64,000 nt of DNA from Dictyostelium discoideum (lineage: Eukaryota): the NCBI GenBank assembly GCA_000004695.1, contig CM000151.3, positions 160,001 through 224,000 on the forward strand. The letters are read 5' to 3'. How positions within the stretch are numbered: position 1 is the first letter of the stretch; each line of letters starts with the position of its first letter. Made by a program: the position numbers and the translations under genes. The notes under the pieces are model-generated. The model was given only the letters and a program-made list of their open reading frames with translations, had not been told where the DNA came from and did not search any database. Shown here in pieces: positions 54,985-64,000 of the stretch.

Positions 54985-56567
54985 ATGTATACTCCACAAT
55001 TTAAATCAACAGGTTTGAAGGATGTTTTATCATTTTATTCAACACCTTTGGTTCAAGCAGCAACAGCTAATATGAATAATTCATCATCGTCAACATTGGT
55101 AACATCACAACCACCAATACCAACAATTACAACAACAACTACAACAACAAATAATATAAATAATATTGAAAATATTACACCAAAAAAGAATATGAAAGAG
55201 AATCATTTTAGTAATGGTCCATTAACAGATGTTAAAAATATTCAACAACAACAACAACAATCATCATCATCTGAAAATTCAAGTGATAATGATGATGATG
55301 AAAAGAATTTAAAAGTTTTACATGGTTCAAGTCCAACTAGTAGTCCAGTATGTTTATTATATATATACTTTTTTTATTATTATTATTATTATTATTCCAA
55401 ATAAATTTACTTACACTTTTTTTTTAATATTTAATTCTAAATTTAGAATTTTAAAAGTCCAAAGAATAAAACATTAAAAATTAAACGTGTAAAGAGTATT
55501 GTAAATCATTTACCAGCAATTAAATCAATGGATGATGTTGTGAAATTACAAGAAGAAATTACTGAAAATAGAGATAAAATTTCAAATTTACAACAACAAT
55601 TATCAACTGTTCAAAAAGGTACCTTTTTTAATAAATTAATAAATTATTTATAAATGTTTTTTCCAATGATAATAATTAATTTACTAATATTTTTTCCAAT
55701 AATAATAATAATAATAATAATAATAGAAAAAACAACAATTGAAGAAGAGAAAATTAATTTAATTAAACAATTAAAAGAATTAGAAGATAAACAAAAATCA
55801 ACAGAGGATAAAGAAAAAGAAACTAAACAATTATTAATTGAATCAGAGAATAAATTAAATTTAACAATTGAATCGTTACATCAAGAATTTGATTCAAAGA
55901 TATCAACCATTACAAATGAACATACAATTAATGAAAATAAAAATCATCAAGAAATCTTTTCATTAAAAGATCAACTCTCAATTTTACAATCAAAAAATCA
56001 ACAATCATTACAACAATTAGAGAAAATTCAAAAAGAAAATCAAGAGAAATCAATCTCTATTCAAAATGATAAATTATTAATTGAAAAATTAGAATCTGAT
56101 TTAAAAAATTCAAATCAAAATAATTTAGAAATTAATTCAACACTTGATTCAACTCAAGATACTTTAAAAAGTGTTTCAAAAGAGTAATAATAATAATAAT
56201 AATTATAAAAATATATACATATTTATATATAAATATAATTAATTTATATTAATTTTTTTTTTATTATTATAATATATATAGTTTATTCTTTTCAACTTGT
56301 TTATCAATTAAATTAAATTTATTAATGATTAGTAAACCATGTAATTTATCAACACAAGATCTTTGGGAACAAGCAGAAGCATCACAAATTAGTTCATCAA
56401 ATTATGCAAAATGGATATCTTTAAAATTAAATGAATATCATAATGATTTACCACCTTCTTCACCAATGAAATCAATTTATACAAATAAAACTACAACTAC
56501 TACTACAACTACAACTACTTCAAATAATTTATCAAAATCTCCAAAAAGAAATGGAAAAAAGAAATAA
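54985..56567 (+). CDS. coiled-coil protein, function unknown
   Basis: Four-exon model join(54985..55347,55447..55618,55727..56183,56282..56567), 425 aa. Donors are GTATGT, GTACCT (weak) and GTAATA. The central approximately 200 aa is strongly heptad-like (LQEEITENRDKISNLQQQLSTVQK...KINLIKQLKELEDKQKSTEDKEKETKQLLIESENKLNLTIESLHQEFDSKIS...LEKIQKENQEKSISIQNDKLLIEKLESDLK). Confidence 0.55.
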
Positions 56568-56592
56568 ATAATTAAATAATTTAAAATTTCCA

Positions 56593-56628
<36 letters not shown>

Positions 56629-56837
56629 AGTAATAACAACATATAAATATATATATACAAATCTTTTTTCAATCAAAAAAAAAAAAAATAATAAAAAATA
56701 ATTAGTGATACTATTAGTATATTATCATTAAATATTTAAAAAATAAAAAATATTTTTAATTAAAAATTACTTTGGGTTATTCTTTTTTTTCTTTTTTTTT
56801 TTTTTTTTTTTAAAATTTAAAAAATTATTTTAACTTT

Positions 56838-58448
56838 TTATTTAACTTTATTAGTTCTTTTTGTAACAGTTGATTTTTTAGTAGTTTCATTATCTTCATC
56901 AGATTCATCAGATTCTTCAGATTCAATAGTTGGTTTATCTTGAATTGAAACAGATTCTTTAGTGACTGAAGTATTGGTGGTGGTAGTTGAGGTTGAATTA
57001 TTATCATCATCAGATTTAACTTTTTTTGATGATGGTTTCTTTGAACGAGTGAAACAAAATACAATTGGTAAAAGTAAAGAAGAGAAACCAACTAAATAAA
57101 GTAATGGATTTTGATTTGCTTCAGATTGGAAGAGAGTTAAATAGAATTTAATAGTTTCAAAGATATCACCTTGAGATGGGTCGAGTTTTTTGGCATCTTC
57201 AGCGTTTTTGGCTGCTTGTCTTTCCTTTTGAATTGTATGTTTCTCTTTCCAATTCTCTTGTAATAATTGTTGAGCTTCTTCTTGAGAATGAGTGATAATG
57301 AAATTATCAAAGAGAATATCACGAGTATTTGACAAAACTTCAATACCGACTGCAATGATTGGCTCTACGATATATGGATTCTCAACGTTGAAATAGGATG
57401 GATTTGCAATTTGTCTTGGTTTCCATTCACCCTTGTACAATGGGTTTGCTACCATTGGTGCGGACCATTTACCCTTGTATAATGGGTTGGCGATGGTTGG
57501 GATGACCCACTCACCGCATTGGCCAGAGGCGCATTTTGGATTCTCAATTGATGGTGCTTCCCACTCGCCATCGTCTTCCTCATTCCATTCTGGTGGCTGT
57601 GTTTCTGATGGGTCGGAGATTAAGAATGGCTCGTTGTCTAACCAATCGGATGGTTTGACAGCTTGTGGATCGTTGATACGTAATGGTTGGTCTTCGTCCC
57701 AGTCGTCTGGTTTGGTGGCGCCTGGTTCGGGGATTTCAGCATCGTCGACCCAGTCGGATGGCTTGGAGTCGGTTGGGTCGTCAATCTCCTTTGGTGGGTT
57801 GAAGGCTGGTGTGAACGAGTCGTGGAATGAGCCGTCCAAGACTGACTCGTCGTCGACCTTGATGGTGAAGGTGTTGTCTGGTCTGATGATCAAGGTGTAG
57901 ATATGCGACACTCTGTCTTTTCTAACCGATGGTTTTGCAGTGATCAATTTCTCTTCGTGTACATTTGTGATTGGGTTACGATGACGAACGATGAAATGAA
58001 TTCTGTCATTGCTTCCGCAAACGTCGGCGCCAAACATGATGCTGTATGGGGTGTTTGAGTCGACAGTTTCCACATTGAAATCTTCACGATCTGTGTACAA
58101 TTTAATGTAACCACCTGAACATGTTACACCCTCTTGGAATTGTAACTCATATTGAACTATTAATTCTTTATTGGTGTTATCAATTGCGTGACTTAATTGA
58201 TAGGTGATTGCATATCTTTTACCTGCTTGGGTTAATACTAAACCATTATCATTCTCATCGATTGGATCATTGGCTGCTTTAAATCCAATAACTCCACTAT
58301 ATTCTTGATTACTTGATTTAATCCATTTTGATGAACTTTTACCTAAATCTTGAAAATCTTCAAAAAATAATGTATCTTTACTTGGATTAAATGAAACACA
58401 AACTCCAATTATAATTGATAAAATTAATAATAAAATTAATTTATTCAT
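56838..58448 (-). CDS. cnxA: calnexin (ER lectin chaperone)
   Basis: 536-aa single ORF. Signal peptide MNKLILLLILSIIIGVCVSF. Lectin domain with CGGGYIKLYTD and IMFGADVCGSNDRIHFIVRH. Four P-domain repeats (KPSDWVDDAEIPEPGATKPDDWDEDQP..., KPSDWLDNEP..., PPEWNEEDDGEWEAP..., ANPLYKGKWSAPMVANPLYKGEWKPRQIANPSYF). TM helix LLYLVGFSSLLLPIVFCFT followed by an acidic/Ser-rich cytoplasmic tail, which makes it calnexin rather than calreticulin. Confidence 0.9.
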   Translation of the reverse strand: MNKLILLLILSIIIGVCVSFNPSKDTLFFEDFQDLGKSSSKWIKSSNQEYSGVIGFKAANDPIDENDNGLVLTQAGKRYAITYQLSHAIDNTNKELIVQYELQFQEGVTCSGGYIKLYTDREDFNVETVDSNTPYSIMFGADVCGSNDRIHFIVRHRNPITNVHEEKLITAKPSVRKDRVSHIYTLIIRPDNTFTIKVDDESVLDGSFHDSFTPAFNPPKEIDDPTDSKPSDWVDDAEIPEPGATKPDDWDEDQPLRINDPQAVKPSDWLDNEPFLISDPSETQPPEWNEEDDGEWEAPSIENPKCASGQCGEWVIPTIANPLYKGKWSAPMVANPLYKGEWKPRQIANPSYFNVENPYIVEPIIAVGIEVLSNTRDILFDNFIITHSQEEAQQLLQENWKEKHTIQKERQAAKNAEDAKKLDPSQGDIFETIKFYLTLFQSEANQNPLLYLVGFSSLLLPIVFCFTRSKKPSSKKVKSDDDNNSTSTTTTNTSVTKESVSIQDKPTIESEESDESDEDNETTKKSTVTKRTNKVK

Positions 58449-58491
58449 TTTAAATATATATATATAAAAAAAAAAATTTTTTTATGAATTC

Positions 58492-58531
<40 letters not shown>

Positions 58532-58642
58532 TAATTTAGATTTTCATAAAAAAAAAAAAAAAAAATTTTAAAAAAATAAAAAAAAAAAATAAAAACAAAA
58601 AAAAATAAAATTTTAGGAAAGCGTTATCATTTAATGTGGTTA

Positions 58643-58680
<38 letters not shown>

Positions 58681-59293
58681 TTGTTTGAGTCAATTGATGT
58701 TTTTTTTTTTTTCTTAAAAACATTTGGATTCATTCTTGATTACATTTAAAAAAATCTAAATTTAGAAATAAAATTTTTAAAAAAATAATATTTAAAAATA
58801 TTAATAACAATAAAAATAATTTTATTTTATTTTGTTTTTTTTAAATAATTTTAAGTTTTAATTTATACTTAATATTTTATTATAATTAAATAAAATATTA
58901 ATATGTCATTGGTTTCAACGTGTTTTGGTTGCATCCGCACCTTTTTTTCTTTTTTTTTTTAATTTTTATTTTAATTTTTTAATTTTTTTTTTTTTTTTTT
59001 TTTTAATTTTTTTTTTTTAATTTTTTTTTTTTTTCTGTTCATAAAATTAAATTTAATTTTTCCAATGTTGTTGAAAAAAAAATAAAAAAAAAAAAAAATA
59101 AAACAAATAAAACAAATAAAACAAATAAAACAACAAAAAAAATTCAAACAAATATTTTACATTTATATATTATAATATATATATATATATTTGTAGATTA
59201 AAAAAAATTAAAATAAAAAATAAAGAAATAAAAATAAAATAATTTCATTATTAAATAAGGAAAGAGTGAGAGGAGATAGGTAGATGATCGAAA

Positions 59294-62200
59294 ATGGAGA
59301 AGAATAAATCAGCTCTATTATCATTTCTAGAGATGGATCTTAGAAATATCTCATCAGAAGCAAGAAATAAATTATTAAATATTAAAGAAGCAAGTGAAAG
59401 AGGTATTTTATATATTAAATATCTTCAAGAACAATCAGCAACTCCTGAAATATTATTACAAAGTAATTTTTTACCACCATTATTATTATTAGTATTAGTA
59501 TTGTTTTTAAATCATGTTAACTAATATTTCCAAAAAATATAAAAAAAATAAAAATTAAAAAAAAAACTTGTTAATTACAGATTTAAAATCAAAATCTGAT
59601 GAAATCTTAAAACCATTTTTAATGGCATTAGAATCAAAGAATCAAAAAATGATTTCATTAGCAATTGGTTCAGTTTTAAAATTAATTTCACATAGTGCAA
59701 TCTCAAATGTATGTAGTTTTATATATATATATATATATATACATATAATGTATATGCATATGTATTTATAAATATTATTAACATATATATATATATTTTT
59801 AAATTTTATATATATAGAGTTCAATACCTTCAATTTTAAGTAAAATGCAATTATTAATTGATGTTGGATCAGATGAATCAATTCAATTAAAAGTTTTACA
59901 AGGATTATTAGTATTGATAACTACAGTACCAGATATTCATGATGAAGAGTTATCACAATTATTGGTATTATGTTTTAGATTACATGGTAGTAAGAATACA
60001 TCAATTCAAAGTACATCATCTGCAACATTACCACAAATCATTAGAATCATTTTCGATAGAGTTTCTGTTGAAATGAATACTGCAAATAAGGAAATACTAT
60101 CATCACCTGTAACTACAAAATTAATAAATTCAAAATCTTCTGATAATATAACTTTAAGTAATAATAATAATCAAGATGATTCATCATCTTCATCTTTATC
60201 AACTACTTCAGATTCAACTACAACTACAAAAAATGATGATAATACAGGTACTACTACACCAACAACAACAACAACAGAAAATACAGATACTAAAACTACA
60301 ACAACAGTAACAGAAACTACAGATACTAAAACAACAACAGCAACAGATAATCAATCACCACAATTAAAATCATCACCATCAAATACAAATGTAGTTCAAC
60401 AACATCAACAACATAATAAAAATAAATCATGGTCAAATTTAAAACCATCAGCAAAAGATGCATATTTATTATTACAAGATTTATGTTATATTACAGGTAG
60501 TGATTCACCAGAATGGTTACCACATACGACAACCATTTCAAGAGCATCAGGTTTAGATTTCATTGAAATGATACTTTCAGTTCATTATGATATTTTTTTT
60601 AAGGTGAATAATAATCAATCAATCAATCAATCATTTATTTAAAATTAAAATTATTTATTATTAACACTTTTTTTTTTTTTTTATTTTATTATTTTTTTTT
60701 AGTTAGAAGAATTTAAAAATTTATTAAAAGATAAAATTTGTCCATTATTAATTAAAAATTTTAAATTTAAGATGGATTTTTATCATACAGTTAGATTGAT
60801 TAGAGTGATAACACAATTTATTAGTAAATTTAGTTCAATAATGGTTACAGAATCAGATGTATTATTGACAAAAACTATAAAGATGATGGATTTAGATCAA
60901 CCAATTTGGACACAAATTTTAGCATTGGAATCATTTAGAGTCTATTCAGAGGATCCAAATCTATTAAGATTATTCTTTAAAAACTATGATAAAGATAACA
61001 ACTCTGCAAAGATATTTGAAACAATGACGATTGCAATTGGAAAATATGTTCAAAATTTGTATGGATTGGATAGTAGTCATTTTGTGTTGGTTCAAACCTC
61101 AAAGAATCGTCTATTGGATTTATTATGGCAATCAGAGGTACCACTGATTAAAGAGAGTTATATAATCTCGGTTTGCACAGAATGTATCAATGGTATTGTT
61201 AATGCAGTCTCAAAAATCAATAATCCCGATAATAGTGCACAACAATATTCAGACTCTTTGGAGATATTCACTCAAATGGCAAATTCATGTTGGGTATCAA
61301 TACTTGGTGGTATCTCAATGTTATTAGGTAAAACCAATGACGAAGCTTTAATTCAAATGGTTTTAAAATCATTACAATCATTTACAAATACATGTGGTGA
61401 TTTACATTTATCTGCACCAAGAGATGCTTTATTAACTTGTCTTTGTAAAACTACAACTTTACCATCATTTGAATTATTAAATTCAAATTTAAATTTAAAT
61501 GCGACAACAACAACAACGACAACAACAAATACGAATACTATAAATAATATAAATAATATAAATAATATAAATAATACGAATAATACGAATAATTCGAATA
61601 ATATAAATAATACAAATATAAATACGAATAATATAAATAATAGCGAACAACAACAACAACAACAACAACAACAAATACAATCACCAATATCATCGACATC
61701 AACATCATCAAATATAATATCATCACAACAATCAACACCATCAAATTCATTAACACCACAACAATTGTCACAAAATAATAAAGACGGTCAAATTTCAATA
61801 AATACTATGGAAGAGAAATTATCAAATTTTTATCCAACCACTAAAAATATATTATCAGTGAAAATTTTATTTAATATAGCTCATTGTATGGGTTCATTAT
61901 TGGATGAATCTTGGATACTGGTTTTAGAAACATTAGAAACTTGGAATAGATTTTTAGAGAGTTTTTTAAAGAAAAAAGAGAATTCAAATAATACACAAAC
62001 AACAACAGGTACAGGTAATACAATAAATGGTAATAATAATAATAATAGTGGTGGTAATAAAAGTGGTGATAATATAATATTACCAAATCCATCAAGTTTA
62101 TCAATTGCAAATAATAATAATATTAATAATAATAATGAAAATACATCATCACCAAAAGAAACATCATCACCACGTACAATTGGATCAAGTGAAGTACCAA

Positions 62201-62666
62201 TTTTAATGAATTCAATGGATAATTTATTTAAATCAAGTTCACAATTAGATTTAAGATCTTGTCAATACCTTTTAGAAGCATTAGGTAAATTATGTACACA
62301 ATCATTTAATTTGAAATCATTTAATTCAACACCTAATATGTTTGGTATTTCAAAGTTACGTGAAACTGCATTAGCAAATCTCTATAGAATCGATACAATA
62401 TGGCCATTAATTTCAGATCATATCATTGATGCTGGTAATCATAGAAATCCATTATTTAGAAAATATTCTGTTGAATTTTTAAATTCAATCATTAAATCAA
62501 CAATTTCATTACAACAATCACAACAATTATTACAATTACAAAAAGAAAAATTATTATCACAACAACAACAACAACAACAAGAAAAAGAAAAAGAAAAAGA
62601 TAATTCATCATTAAATAGTGAAAGTAATGAAGATCAATCATCTGATCTAACAAATTCACCAGTTTC

Positions 62667-62709
<43 letters not shown>

Positions 62710-64000
62710 TCAACAATTAATATTTTAAATTCAAATTTATCATCAATTAATTCACAATTTATTGAAAATTATGAATTTGAAAAAGAATTATTAGAATTAG
62801 ATAAGAATCAAATTCAATTAGAATTTTTTACAACATTAGAAGAATTATCATTTTCAACATCAAATGATACAAAAGAGAAAGTTTTAGAATCTATTAATAG
62901 TATTTTATCAACTTCTGGTCAATCTTTAACAACTTCATGGCCAATTATTTTAAGTATTTTGTTAAGAATGTCAAAATGTAATGAAAAGAGATTCATTTCA
63001 TTATCATTTTCAAGTTTAGAATTAATTTGTAATGAATTTTTATCAAATTTAACACCTGAATGTTTAGCATTAACCATTGAATTGATTGAAAGTTTTGTTT
63101 CACAAAAAGCTGATATCAATATAAGTTTAACTGGTTCATCGGGTTTATTGACAGATTTAACTTATTTCTTGGCAAATGAAAATTCAATTAAAACAAGTAA
63201 ATATCAAGTTTCAGATGGTAAAGCAATTGACCCAGTTAAAGAATCACATAGTCAATGTAGGTTCACTAAAACTTTGAATTCACGTATACGTCCATCCATT
63301 TCAGAGTCAAGTCCATTCTTTAAGGAGAAAAATAAATCATTGATTGATAGAATGTGGTTATGTTCTTTCAATTCTATGAAAACCTTATGTATTGATGTTA
63401 GACCTGCAATTAGAAATGGTGTAGTGGTTTCATTATTTCAAATTTTAACAACTTATTTCCATTTGTTTGAAAAGGAGTTATTGGATGTCATATTGTGGTC
63501 AATTCTATTCCCATTGATTCAAGAGATTAAATCATTCTCTGAAAAGGCTGATCAAGAAAGAATAGATTCTGATCTAGGTGGTGGTGTCATGTTGTTGGTA
63601 CATCATAGTAGAAACACTGCTCAAAAACAATGGGATGAAACTCAAGTACTCTCAATTGGTGGTATGGTTAGAATTTTTAAAACATTTTTTGATCAACTTT
63701 TCACTTTACCAACTTTTGATGCAGCTTGGTCAACTTTATTAAATCATCTTCAAACCGAATCTAAATCATCATCAAAGGAGGTTTCATTGACTTCACTCTC
63801 GTTCATTCATGAGATTGTAAATACTCCATCCATTATTGACCCATCACATCCACAATTGGCCGAGTCGATTTGGGAATGTTTATTACATTTGTCTCCAAAG
63901 TTATTTGATCCACAAAATTCTGTACCAAAATCATTGTCTGTCTATATCAAGGTTTTCACAGATTTGTTCAATAAAACTCGTCCTCAATTGAATCATGCAC
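59294..64000 (+). CDS. mon2: MON2 homolog (ARF-GEF-like scaffold without Sec7 domain); 3' end beyond window
   Basis: Model join(59294..59462,59581..59708,59818..60603,60703..>64000). Donors are GTAATT, GTATGT and GTGAAT (weak). Acceptors are ttaattacag, tatatatag and ttttttttag. Matches to human MON2: KVLQGLLVLITTVPDIHDEELSQLLVLCFRLHGSKNTSIQSTSSATLPQIIRIIFDRV to [85 protein letters not shown] to [46 protein letters not shown] to QEFSFLLKERVCPLVIK; MLLVHHSRNTAQKQWDETQVLSIGGMVRIF to [29 protein letters not shown]. The last exon is open for more than 3.3 kb to the window end. It is not in the supplied ORF track because no stop is reached. Confidence 0.8.

Overview
This window reads as nuclear genomic DNA from a dictyostelid social amoeba (Dictyostelium discoideum-like), not a prokaryotic or phage locus. 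The basis is about 75-80% A+T overall with near-homopolymeric intergenic and intronic DNA, (AAT)n/(CAA)n tracts translating to poly-Asn/poly-Gln inside genes, short AT-rich introns with GTAAGT/GTATGT...AG boundaries, and FNIP-repeat proteins that are confined to dictyostelids. The window is gene-dense and I did not find any novel multi-gene 'system'.

About 25 protein-coding genes are supported, with splice models reconstructed by hand:
- COP9 signalosome subunit 7.
- A CUE-domain protein.
- A DNA polymerase V/Pol5 (MYBBP1A-family) nucleolar protein.
- NAPE-specific phospholipase D (metallo-beta-lactamase fold).
- A GNAT acetyltransferase.
- USP14/Ubp6 deubiquitinase.
- An FNIP-repeat protein.
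- Two head-to-head ABCA half-transporters.
- COG8.
- An RNase-PH exosome subunit.
- Calnexin.
- A MON2 homolog, 3'-truncated by the window edge.
- Several lineage-specific hypothetical genes.

Accessory-type content:
- A GC-elevated ORF interrupted by in-frame stops, likely a decayed mobile-element ORF.
- A tandem array of a lineage-specific gene family, with one copy disrupted by a ~0.55 kb insertion.
- A duplicated pair of 69-aa secreted cysteine peptides with clustered substitutions.
- Several single-base frame discontinuities in otherwise conserved genes (cog8 exon 1, a G6 tract, an A7 tract).
- Many microsatellites, including 90-100 nt pure homopolymers.

All coordinates and splice sites were read by eye from the sequence and should be confirmed with cDNA or homology alignment.
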